Source: Octopus bimaculoides
Taxonomy: Eukaryota
Length of the DNA stretch: 43,744 nucleotides
Assembly: GCF_001194135.2 (NCBI RefSeq)
Contig: NC_068983.1
Location: 34,712,305 to 34,756,048 of the forward strand
Direction of reading: 5' to 3'
Every line of letters starts with the position of its first letter. Positions within the stretch are counted from its first letter, which is position 1. Both the position numbers and the translations under genes were made by a program. The notes beneath the pieces are model-generated. The model was not told where the DNA came from and did not search any database. It saw only the letters and a program-made list of their open reading frames with translations. Below, one piece after another: positions 1 through 12,557 of this stretch.

Positions 1-107
1 AAGTCCTGGGGTCAATTTTCTCAACTAAAGGCGGTGCTCCAGCATGGCCGCAGTCAAATGACTGAAACAAGTAAAAGAGTAAAAAGAGTAAAAGAAAGAG
101 TAAAGAG
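1..107 (+). mobile_element. 3' end of a SINE with (GAGTAAAA)-like tail, truncated by the window edge
   Basis: GGTGCTCCAGCATGGCCGCAGTCAAATGACTGAAACA (33-69) is followed by an A-rich tandem tail. A close variant occurs on the minus strand at 1714-1768. Family recalled as an octopus SINE. Confidence 0.75.
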
Positions 108-380
108 TATATATATGTGTTGGGGGGGCGTGTATGTGTATTGGTGTGCACTTTCGAAGTCATAAGAATTAATAAACTTTCCAGAGAACATAATTTTTTT
201 TTTTTATAAACATATCAAACACCATAAAAGTTATATATGATAGCATGTAATATTGGGTTAAAAAAAACTCAACCTCTTTCTGTTGCAAAAGCGAAAGGCT
301 GCCCATGGGATTGGAATCTATATATGACACGCCTTCCATCATTGTACCAATATTTACATGTTATTATTTCGAGCATGTTC

Positions 381-606
381 AAGGCGGTAAGCTGGCCGAA
401 TCGTTAGTACGCCGGGCGAAATGCTTAGCGGTATTTTCTCTGCCGCTATATCCTGAGTTCAAATTCCACCGAGATTGACTTTGCCTTTCATCCTTTCGGA
501 GTCGATGAAATATGTACTAGTACCAGTTAAGTGCTGGGGTCGAATCGATGTAATCGACTAGTGTCCACACCCAGATTACAGGCCTTGTGCTTTCAGTAGC
601 AAAGAC
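381..606 (+). mobile_element. tRNA-derived SINE, near full length (copy 1 of a tandem pair)
   Basis: A-box-like TGGCCGAATCGTTAG and B-box-like GAGTTCAAATTCC, body GACTTTGCCTTTCATCCTTTCGGAGTCGA. Homologous to 623-836, 3215-3322, 34475-34666 and 36181-36318. Confidence 0.85.
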
Positions 607-622
607 TATTTAGAGCATGTAT

Positions 623-836
623 AAGGTTTTGAGTTCGCGGAAGCGTTTCACGCCGGGCAACATGCTTAACGGCTTTTCGTCAGGTTTCACATTCTCAGTT
701 CAAATTCTGCTGAGGTCGACTTTGCTTTTCATGCTTTCGGAGTCGATAAATTAAGTACCAGTTGAGTACTGGGATCGATGGAATCGACTATCCTCCTCTC
801 CCGAATTTCAGGCCTTGTGCCTATTGTAGAAACTAT
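623..836 (+). mobile_element. tRNA-derived SINE, more diverged (copy 2 of a tandem pair)
   Basis: Shares CACGCCGGGC, CAGTTCAAATTC, GAGGTCGACTTTGC, GTCGATAAATTAAGTACCAG and AGGCCTTGTGC with copy 1 and with 34475-34666. Confidence 0.8.
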
Positions 837-1384
837 CGCTTAAAGCATTTATACACTTCAAGATCCAGTTCCTAAAAAGAATTATTTCAAGTTCTCTCAA
901 ATATTAATAAAGTCTTATGACGTCAAGAGCATACAATTCTCGGACATAAGATTCACGTTTCTAAATGGGATTGAGGAATTCGAAAAATTGCTTTCTACGT
1001 TGGGAGAATGCCTGATATATCTACAGGAGAAGGGGGTTTCACCAGAAGCTTTCGACCTCTTCTGGTCAAAACGCATTATATACTAATATTAATAGCATTA
1101 TGTACTTCGAGCTCCATATATATATATATATATATAGATAGATATAGATATATATATATATATATTAGTAAATTTCGAACAAAGTAAGTGAGTGCTTGAG
1201 ACCGCATTGCTAGATAAAATTTCTTTATTTGTGTATTGAGGATACCATTAATTTCATGTTGAGAAATTATTTCAATAACTGAGCAATTTTTCACGTCGAT
1301 CACATGAAGGGATGGTGTTCATCTCCATTTTGGATGAAAACATAAAAATTCACGAGAATTCACAATAAAGGCTCGTAAACAAAA

Positions 1385-2258
1385 GAAATCAAGGGGCGCT
1401 ACTCTTGAATGACACCGTCTGAGTGATTATCTCACTTTTGAGGTAAAAAAACTGTGCTGGATGAAAGGAGAGACATTTTCGTCCATAATGTTTAAGAAGT
1501 TTTTCTTGTGACTGGATGACATTTAGCTTTTCAGTACTACAAAGCCCACATTTGACACACTGGCCCTGTATTTTCTGACGTTAGCAATAATACTCCGTAT
1601 TATATGGGAGTTGCTTACTCCTTCTCTTCTTTCAATATTAATATCATATTGGAAGTCACATGTCTTTTATTTGAATGACACCAGATGTTGTATGTATCTT
1701 TCTTGAACGTATTTTTATTTATTTATTTATGTGTTTCAGCCAAGTGGCTGCGGTCATGCTGGTGCACCATTCCGATGTATGTCTTTGTTAATCCGTTGAA
1801 ATTCATGATTTGGGCCTTGTATATAAGTTCTTCTCAAAACAACTATTATTCAGAGGACATTAGTTCGGAGATCTACAGTTACATTATCTTCGAGGTATTT
1901 CTGGTAGGTTTATCTTTGTTGTGGTTGACTGTTATCGACAACTATAGCTAAATTTAACAGTGTCATATGATATTATCTAATATGGCTTTACTGACAATTC
2001 CTGGTTCACTTTTTTGTGGTATTTATCAACCTACTAGGATTTTGCGTGAAGTTATATTTATGGTCATTCGGCGTTACAAAAAGATTTCGTGGGGTAAACT
2101 GTTGTACTTTATCTCCTACTTTAAACCTTGTAGTTTTTTTTTTGTTCTACATTAATGAAATTATTAGTGGTGGAGTTTGTTTTCCTGTATGTGTTAGTTA
2201 TGTGTGTGGTTGTTTATTTCATGGATAATTTGGTTTTGTCTGCTTTAATAAACACATG
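1385..2258 (-). mobile_element. Decayed, internally deleted Penelope-like retroelement (N-terminal RT flank joined to linker plus GIY-YIG endonuclease)
   Basis: Minus-strand translation with frameshifts and stops gives VFIKADKT..NITNTYRK..LFVTPNDHKYNFTQNPSRLINTTKSEPGIVSKAILDNI, then TVKFSYSC..CNCRSPN*CPLNNSC..LIYKAQI..KTYIGM..NTFK.RYIQHLVSFK..KCGLCSTEKL..KSEII..CHSR. No RT catalytic motifs lie between ~1970 and ~1965. Confidence 0.85.
1714..1767 (-). mobile_element. 5'-truncated SINE tail inserted into the GIY-YIG coding region
   Basis: Minus strand reads GTGCACCAGCATGACCGCAGCCACTTGGCTGAAACAC(ATAA)n, matching the SINE end at 33-69. It separates YIGM from NTFK. Confidence 0.75.
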
Positions 2259-2451
2259 TATGTATACCTACGCCATATCTAGAACTAAACCTAAGTAGCA
2301 TCTATAAGGTTAATATTGAATTTCGGGGTCTAGGTACGCTGCCAACAAATGACATTTAATAGCAGTTTATACCTCACTGTGAACCGAAAGTTATGATGTC
2401 TAGTCAACACTAGTGCCCCTAGATTCTAATGAACCCTCTGACTAATCAGTA

Positions 2452-2708
2452 TATATGTACATGTATGCATATATGTGAGTGTGTGAGAGAGAGTGAGAGT
2501 GTGTGAGTGTGTGTGTGTGAGTGTGTGTGTGTGTGCGCACGTATGTGTGTGTGAGCGTGTGTGTTTGTGTGCGCGTATTGTTGATATATATATATATATA
2601 TATATATNNNNNNNNNNNNNNNNNNNNNNNNNNNNNNNNNNNNNNNNNNNNNNNNNNNNNNNNNNNNNNNNNNNNNNNNNNNNNNNNNNNNNNNNNNNNN
2701 NNNNNNNN
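2452..2708. repeat. (GT/GA)n and (TA)n microsatellites followed by an assembly gap (N 2608-2708)
   Basis: Directly visible. Confidence 0.95.
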
Positions 2709-3214
2709 ATACAGATACAGTGTATTATATTACGTTATATACATTTTGGGAAGTAGTTTTTATTAAGTTTGCAAATTCAGTTGAGATATAATCAAAAAAA
2801 TTAGTACATGCTTCCAAATACTACAAGAGAAAAATATTCTTTATTTCATTGTTTCCGATTTCAATTTGTGTTTATTTTTACCTACAGAAGAGAAAGAATA
2901 ATTTTTTTTTATTTTATTGTATCACATTTAATTTTGTATTTATTTCTATCATATTTATATTTATGATCTATACATAGAACTATATATCATACGATACATT
3001 GTATTTGAGTATATTTCAAATTATATATGAAATTTATCAGTCCACTTCATACTGCATAATATCTGTATATATTTGGTGTGTTACTAAATTTATGCATCAC
3101 GCAAGGAAAATGCTTTATTGTTTCTTTAAAAACTGTATAGTAAACTTCTGTAGATGTGATTTTTTTTTATTTTAGTCCTTTTCATAACCAGCTTCCAATC
3201 TTCTCTTTGCATTA

Positions 3215-3322
3215 TGGGGTGAACTGGCGGAATCGTTAGCACGCCGGGCAAAATGTGTAGCGATATTTCATCCGTCTTTTCGTTCTACGTTCAACTGCCG
3301 CCGTGGTTGACTTTTCCTTTAT
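3215..3322 (+). mobile_element. 5' half of a tRNA-derived SINE
   Basis: TGGCGGAATCGTTAGCACGCCGGGCAAAATG..GTTCAA..GTTGACTTTTCCTTT is homologous to the head of 381-606. Confidence 0.75.
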
Positions 3323-6214
3323 AATTTCACACAAATTATGGAAGTTTTCTCAAATTTACACATGTTAAGTTGACATCATGCCTTAACATAACCTATATTC
3401 GGCGTTGTGAGTAAAACTTTCACCTTTCAATTGAACATCCATGTTCCATTTACAAGCATAGTCTCTGCATGTGACTTTGCAAATATTGTACCTCCGTAGG
3501 AGGCAAAGATCACCTATAATTTGGAACTCAAATTGAAGATATCAATTCGCAAAATAATAAATGTGAGAAAAACATCAATACGTGGCAGGTAGTACTGTTA
3601 AAATTTATTCTCGTTTTTCACAGAATTATAGACGGTATGAGAAACGTTCTAAATGTGTCATCCTGCCTCATAAAAGACGTTATTGTACACAATAATCATG
3701 TCATCATCTTTCAACAGATACTAATCAATCAATGTTACAAATCAGCTCAAACGGCAGTTGACGTTAGCATCCAGGTATTTTCAAATAAATTAATAAATCA
3801 ACACTTTAATTAACAAAACCCCCTACCAAAATAAACGTGTGCCTCAGCACTATCACCAACATCACTACCACTACCAATACCACTACGACAAATATCTTCA
3901 CTATCACCACCTCTGCTACCACTATCATCATCAACATATTCATATTACCGAATGCAGCAGTAACAGGAGCAAGAGGAAATTCGCGATCATCGTCGTCGAT
4001 TTTTATCACATTTAGCCAACATTAATATTTTTCCACGAGCCATAAAACCAGTTTCTTTGTAGATGACAATTATAGACTATTGAATTGACATCTATTATTT
4101 GCCAACTCCTAAGGGAAAAAACAAGGTGCTGCAAATCGAATGAACTGTAGCTATTTTATTAATATCTCGTTTATGCCATCTCCAGCTCCCATATCCAGAT
4201 TAATAATGCTAAAATAGAAATCTGTATTTGGTGTTGTTTTTGTAGTATTCCTTGAAGTAATTATTTTATTTATCATTGGCACAACATTGTATCCATAGAA
4301 AATACATTTATTATTTACTTGTTCACTCTACCTACCAATAAAGAGGTATTGCGAATGGAACAATCTATATTTGCCATCTGTTTCTGTTCATTTGAAATCC
4401 GAGTTACTCTACACGCTTGAAAGTGCTAACATGTATACAGCTCACTGAATTATTCCTAGTAATCCTGTAGATGTCTGTCAAATCGTGTTGGATAACACGA
4501 TAACACTGGAGCCTAATTTTTGTCTGAACTCAATCTTAAGTGTCACCTTTATAAATACAAGGAAAATTTCCTCATAAATCAAGTGGTCTTTTAGAATTAC
4601 GTTTTGCACACGTTTAAAATACAAGAAGTATCGAGGCTACACTAATATTTTACTTCACACTCAGGTGCTGATTAATTGTTACCGAAATAGATTCCAGCCT
4701 GCTGCACCAAAGCATTCTTCTGATACGTCGCTTTGTTATAAAAATGTTAATATAACCTATCGATAATGGTTCTATGCTACTGATATGCCACAATAAATAT
4801 TTTCTCTTCCCAGTCATTATATAGTGTTAATCTAGTGTGGGCAGAGCTGAAGTTTCTACAACGTGTAAAATCATATCTAAATTTGAAAAATCAATAAATA
4901 TATTCTTTTTTCTTTCAAAATTGTATCATTTACTTATGATTTGTTACATGTAGCAACCAGCATCACTATAGACGCCGTGACTGTCGTCCTCGTCATCACC
5001 ACGATCGTCGTTTGCATTGTCGTTGTCTTATACTGATACATGTATTCTGTGTAAAATGTGGATTCCAAATATTAGTACAATGAAACATTGGTTGGTGATG
5101 ATGTATCAAACAGTGCGGAAAAATCACAGGTGAAAAAACGACTTATCAATAAAAATCGAAACTGGTTTGCGTTAAGTTCACACTAGTCCTGACACTTCCC
5201 TGAGTGGTCACTCCCAAGAAAACTTCTAAATTGAATGTCTCATATTTTATATAAGCTTAATGATAATTTTTTTAAGATGACACTAAGGGTGATGGAAATT
5301 ATGTTTGTGTTTTCAGGAATCAAAACTTTGAATTCCCATATAATACCATTTGTTATTCAGTACTATGCGATTCTAAGCAATCTAAATGTTTAAACTATGT
5401 GCATCAAATTAATTTTAGTTTACATAGTTATTCTTTGAAGGTGAAATAAATTTCGTATGTTTCTTTGAAACGGATATTTAATGGAAGGAAAGACGCTATT
5501 TAAATGTGAACGATTAAAAAGGTTAAACAAAAATTCGTTTGGCATCCAGGGATCAAAACCTAAATTCGAACTTTCATTCTTCTGTTGATTACGTGTTACT
5601 GTCCATTAACCATTCGAAAAACAAGCTGTTCAGGTTTATAGATCTTTTGAACGTTTTACAAGGCTATTTCTTAAAATATTTGAAAATACGAAGAATTAGA
5701 TCATAGAAAGACACTAATACTCAGCTGGTAAGATTAAGTAATAAGGCGACTCAAATCTATATATGGGTCGTATCTAGTTATTCATCGAACAAAATATTCG
5801 CCACGGGTTTCCTATAAAAACTTGTTTGTTCTACATAAAAGAAACATACAAGTGCCAACAAAAAGACGCAGAAACTTATTTGAACGCATTCAGTGGATTA
5901 TAATGCACACCATTCTATATACATTAATTGGATTATGATAGATAATCTGTTGCTAATCGACGATCACTGTTCATATGAAATATCACAATCCATCATATGT
6001 GAGGTGAAGTGTCCTTTTCCAATTATTTCTATAGTAGTGCAGCTGCAGTTACCTATCATCAATCTCTGTGTTCTATCCACGTCCTTATGTTTCAAACGAG
6101 TGGTATTATGTTTTCTTGTAATTATAGGGAAAATATTGGGCTTCACTGTTGAGTACACTTCATCCATTGCATCTGTTCAGGTCAACGGGCAATTTTTGTA
6201 CTAATATATTTTTA

Positions 6215-6600
6215 TTATATGTTATTGAGCTTAGTTTTCTCTATGATCCAGGTGTTCCTGACAGTGTCATTCTTCGTGATCTGCTTCAGGTGTCTCATCA
6301 TGAAAGCATGTTCATCACATACCTATTTGCTGTTTATCTTCCATACCCAATATCGTCGGACTAAATATTGTAAATATAATATAATTCTCCAAAATACATA
6401 GTTTTCTCTTCAGTTGACCAGATAAGCGCTTGTTGTATATCTGTCGCTGTCTCTCCACCTTTCGAATGTCAAGCTGACCTTGATCATTCTGCAAACAGAT
6501 TCTGCAATAGAGCTATCGTTTTAACTGATCATGTTACAAAGATAGACAAGGGGGCCAGCTTCTTCCCTTCAATAACAATAGACTGAACTTCTACTTCTTC
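6215..6600 (-). mobile_element. Possible ancient RTE-type LINE relic (post-RT region)
   Basis: Fragments EVEVQSIVIEGKKL, DSSIAESVCRMIKVSLTFERW and HAFMMRHLKQITKNDTVRNTWIIEKTKLNNI occur in the order expected for RTE ORF2 downstream of the RT core. Similarity is weak and broken by frameshifts. Confidence 0.4.
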
Positions 6601-7988
6601 GAGTCACGAAGATTTGCATCAATTTTGCATTGTAAAATAGAGGATTTAATTGCCCGCAAATTGCCAACTTCAAATAGAGATCTCCAATGAGTGTTCACCT
6701 CTATATTTCATACTTTTGAAATAAACGCTATCACTTCTCATACATTCACCCTGAGAATGAGCAGGCTGCGATCAACATCTACATTACGGCCAGCATTTCA
6801 ACCATACATACATCAGCAGAATATTGAATCACACATTTTCGTACAAATTATACAAGCTACTAGTGCTTGGTTTCCTACGTGGAAAGCCGGTAATATATTT
6901 AGATGAAAATGTAAACATTTTCTTTCTATAATATATCAGATGTTCTCGTACCGTAAGCTGCCTGACGTTTATATTTTGTCGACCAATAGTTAGCACTGCA
7001 GTCATCGCAGCCATTTCAAAGATGTCTTGTAAAAGACTTGATCGAAATCATGCAATCACTGTGATACGACAGAATATCCTACACTATGAACATGTTCATG
7101 AAGTGACTAACCTGTGAGAAAATTTCGTGTGTGGGAGCAAAAGAAAAGGCGATGCAGGTGATGAAAATACACTAGGAATGTTCGGGGACAGGGAATGCTA
7201 ATTGAATATCTCTCACCACTCTATCCCCCTCGGGCAACGGGTACAACTAATACTGAATATAGTTATCATAATACATTTGCAGCATCTGTTGCTACTGTAA
7301 TTTCTCAAATGTCACTATCTTTCGTTGTTGTTAGTCGAAATAGTTTCCACTCATCTTGCTCTGAGGAAGTGGACTCGTATTATATTCTGAGATACACTGT
7401 TCAGAATCTACATGTGTAGATTACAGGTACACATAGAAAGTAAAACAGGCGAGTTTGCATTTCGTATTTCACCTGGTAATATATGATTGTATGGTATTTT
7501 TGGTACCACCTTGCGTCTAATAAAATATCACATCACGATACCTGCAATGAAGAAATGATAATCAACTTTAAAACATTTCAACTTTCCTTTGGAATATCTC
7601 TTTAAAGTTAAATCAGTTCAAATTTTATTTCTGCAATCTCCTTGGTTATTTATTAGTATCACTTCACCAGAGTGTAATACTTAGAATACTCCATTAGCGT
7701 TTAATAGGTCTAAGTGTCTTCATATATTTGTATAAAATTTCAGCTTTTTTGTTTGAGTGTTCGGTAGTATTAGAGACCATTACGTCGTACTCCAACAAAT
7801 AATTTTTTATCTATTGTCTGCAAAACGTCGATGTAAATTTCAATAAGTCATTGTACACGTCATTCCATCACAGTTATATGAAAAAAATATATGAATACGT
7901 TATTGTTTCTTGAGACGTACACAAAGTGTGTGTGTGTGCGTGTGTGTGTGTGCGTGTATGTGTGTGTCTATGTGTGTATGCGTGCGTG

Positions 7989-8030
<42 letters not shown>

Positions 8031-8210
8031 ACGTGCACACTATTTAAGAAAAACTTTAAACTTTTATTTTAAAATCAATGTAACATCATTTCCAGTTTTG
8101 AATACATGAGTGAAATTGAATACTTAATTATTTCGATTGATTTATTTATTTTATAACATAACGTATCTAATATATACACACACACACACGCACGCACGCT
8201 CGCACACACG

Positions 8211-8248
<38 letters not shown>

Positions 8249-8249
<1 letters not shown>

Positions 8250-9132
8250 GAGGTCTCATCAATAAGTATCTGGACTGTTGTCATAGTAACGAAGTTAAAG
8301 CATGCATAATGAGGTTGCTTTGAACAGATTGACCGTGAACTCCGCTGTGCAAGTGCATTAAGTTTTAACCTTCTAGCTCACTTCCTCTATTTACAGCAGT
8401 GTTTGTAAGGAAGGTATGTAGCGTGGGATCCTCGCATTGATCATGACAGAGAAAGTTTTCATGGCAACATCTGCTCAGAGGCCTACGCAAATTTTAACTG
8501 AAACTGTATGGAGATTGTATGAGCTGTACACAAGTGTACGAAACTTTCAGACGTTTTCAAGATGGCCGAAAAAATGTCAATATTGACGAACGTTCTGGGG
8601 GACCCGCAACGAGCATAACAGAAAACCATCGCATATGTGGGCGCAGCTGTGAGCAGAAATCTTCGAACGAACATCCGTGAGTTATCAGAGGATGTGCAGA
8701 TACGTTATGGTTCACCTGAGTCAATTATCGCTGACGATTTGGGCATGAGACGAGTGTCTGCCAAGTTTGCACCAAAACTGCTTTTAGCTGACCAAGATGA
8801 CAATCGGGTTTCAGTTGCCCAAGATCTCCTTCATTGTGTCCAGAATGATGAACATCCTTTGAAAATTTTGGGTAGGTCTCTGAGCAGGTATCGCGAAGCT
8901 GTTGGCAAAATTTAATGCAGATTCTCTGCTTCACTTTCACTGTCATGTTCAATGCGTCAATCACACACTACACACTTTCCTTCCAAGCACTGCTGTAAGA
9001 AACGGAATTCACCTAGAATGTTAAAACGTAATGCACATACACAGTAGAGTTTAAGGTTAATCTGTGCTTCACTCTGTGCACTTTAGCTTCGTTACTATGG
9101 CAACAGTCCGGATACTTCTTGATCAGACCACA
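8249..9132. mobile_element. Mariner-family fold-back derivative with TA flanks, made of two inverted 5' ends
   Basis: 52-bp terminal inverted repeats (8249-8300 and 9081-9132, 45/52 identical) flanked by TA at 8247-8248 and 9133-9134. Plus strand encodes KLYGDCMSCTQVYETFRRFQDGRKNVNIDERSGGP and IRELSEDVQIRYGS..DLGMRRVSAKFAPKLL (mariner HTH region). Minus strand from 8946 encodes MTVKVKQRICIKFCQQL (mariner N-terminus). Confidence 0.9.
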
Positions 9133-9142
9133 TATATTTGTA

Positions 9143-10045
<903 letters not shown>

Positions 10046-12484
10046 AAAAAGGTAAAAAAATAGCCATGTATGTATACATAATTTACAAAATTAATCAGTG
10101 AATAACTGTAAACTTTTTATTCACTAAGACGCTATAAGAAAAAAAAAGCTGCATCGATGCATGAGCAAATGCTATAAATATTAATCAGTTGTTTATATTA
10201 ATTCCCATATAACTATGATTGCTCATTGTCCGAGACCTACGAATTTGTAGGCATGTTCACATATTTAAGCGACTGTAAAAGCAAGACATATATAGTAAAG
10301 TGGTGAGTTATGTGAGAAATCGGAGAGAGCAAAAACATAAAGAATTTTCCTTAGCTTTGTCTTTTATAATTTTTAATTATTTACTTGTTTTTCCTCTACA
10401 TTCGTAAGCCGCCGTATCATTTATCAACTCATTAATTCTGAACCTCAACAAGTCCCATACTTTCACAGCATGCCCCTTCCTTTTTTGAGAATCTCTCTAT
10501 AAAAGAATCTTAAATTTGAAAACCATTGAGTGTATGTGTTTATATGAAGTTATTTGCTTGGGTTACTTTGTTTCGAACCATTCATCATTTTGCTTCAGTT
10601 AGAATCAACATAGATAATGTAGTGAGGCTAAAATATAAAACATCTCCAATACGTATGCAGTGAGAAGAGAATATTTGGTAACAATGAATATTGATTTAAA
10701 CGGATTTTGCCAGAAAGGGAGATAAATTAGGATATTTAAAAGTTTTTATTTATCCTCAGCAATGTGTAGTCTTTTCTGTATTTAACAGTTTCTCTATATT
10801 GATGTTCAGCATTGTGAGAAAGTATCAACATGTCTGCTTATATATGCTGAAGTATGTATTTTTGTAAATGTGGGTTTAAAGCTCAGCGTTCTAACATATC
10901 CGCAAGTCAGAGAAACACATCAATGTTTTGATTTGACTTCAAATCTAATAGATAGCAATATATCTTCCTAATATAATTCTCACTTCATATTCAAAGAACC
11001 AAGTTTTTGCTTACTATCTATGAGCTAGGTAATCAAATATATTTTATAGTTCATTAACCTTTATGTCAAACAGCAGATATGACATTAAGAACGCCAAAAG
11101 AAACATCAGCACATTATTACATTTATTTTCAATTTATACATATAGATGGCAATGCAACTAATTTTGATGTTTATAGAGTTGTAGAGGATTCGTTTGTGTG
11201 TTACCTTTATAACATGTAAATCCAGTTTTAGTTTACAATCTGCGAGATAGGTAATTCAATAAAGTTAATATTTTACTTATCTTAGAGTCGAGCGACAAAT
11301 ATGTTAGCAAAACCAACACTGCACAAAACCATTTTTAAAAATATTGTATACATACACATACCAATACAGCAAATATTTAAATGTTTATAAAATAGTAAAT
11401 AATTCAACCGTGTATTTCCTAAGTAATGCACCAACTTTGTATATTTTATTGAATTTACCATACGTTTACTCTCGACAAATCATATTTGTGTGAAACTTTG
11501 AAAATCTTTTTTTTTTCTCTGGTTTTCGTTGAGACAGCATATATCATACAAGCACCAACATCAAAAAAGGTTTAGTTAATTTTATGGACCTTAGTGTTTC
11601 GACTTATTTAAACGCTCACGTAACATACAAAATGTAAAGTGGGTGTTGATGTAAGGGGAAATAAATTATGCAGACAAAAATAAATTATGCAAACGTAAAT
11701 AAGCTAAATTCTGCATGAAAGGCTCAAGTCGTATTATAATATACCATGTTGCTATATCATGTCTCTCTCTCTAGCATCTATATTCCTCCCTGTGCCTGTG
11801 AAATCTTGTATCCCTGCCGTAAGGCTTTATTTCCACACACGCCAGCTTAATTTAATTCGTCCTTAGTCGAAAGGCACCTGTTGTTATTTCCTCTTTTTTG
11901 TATTTGTGTAGCATTCTCCGTTTTTTTCCGTCCTTGTTTTCGTATACATTCGCTGCTTTCTTCCAAGGAATCTAATGCTTTTAGCTTAGTTTTTCCTTGG
12001 GGCTTGCCAGATTGGAGCAATCTCGAGTATAACCATCCGAAATTGTAAAGATAATCTGGAACTCGACTGAGGAAAGAAAACTCCGAATAACTTGTCCTTG
12101 TTTCCTTTGTATCGTCTATCTGGATGTTTTGTATCACCTAACTTTTTGGAAGTTTTGCGTTCTTGTCCTATTTTCTATTATATATATTGGATATGTCTCC
12201 AACAAAAATAACTCTTTGCTAGAGTGGGCTATGGTGCCCCATATATGACTAAAAGACTTCACCAGGTTGTGCTATTGAGTCAGATATGGTCTGGGCCTAT
12301 TCTGGCCGGAACCTATCAAAGTTATCAAAGTTATCAAAATATTTTACATTTCTACAAACTAATAATGGGGATAGATAATGAATTCCATCAAGGGGTTTTG
12401 ACTTTATCACTTATACGACAATGCATGACAACAGAACAAATCTCATGATCTAAGTCTTGTAACTACCATCTATATATTTTCATA

Positions 12485-12557
12485 AATGCTTCACGCTAAC
12501 TACCGTAATAAACACATTTTTAAAATGTGTTTATTACGGTAGTTAGCGTGAAGCATT
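12485..12557. repeat. Perfect inverted repeat: 36-bp arms with a 1-nt centre
   Basis: AATGCTTCACGCTAACTACCGTAATAAACACATTTT-T-AAAATGTGTTTATTACGGTAGTTAGCGTGAAGCATT; the arms are 36/36 complementary. Confidence 0.97.

Noticed and set aside
381-480. tRNA-like A and B boxes
   Set aside because: They are heads of repeated SINE copies; no cloverleaf could be formed.
1035-1072. Hairpin GTTTCACCAGAAG..CTTCTGGTCAAAAC with CAGAAGA/CGAAAG on the minus strand, considered as a hammerhead
   Set aside because: The core is mismatched and stems I-III cannot be built in the required order; it is only a short hairpin.
10251-10302. 52-nt AG..GT-bounded frame GMFTYLSDCKSKTYIVK
   Set aside because: Poor polypyrimidine tract; phase fit to the 16048 exon is expected by chance.
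11847-12137. 96-aa minus ORF with mixed composition
   Set aside because: No recognisable motif, no convincing splice acceptor, and length within chance.
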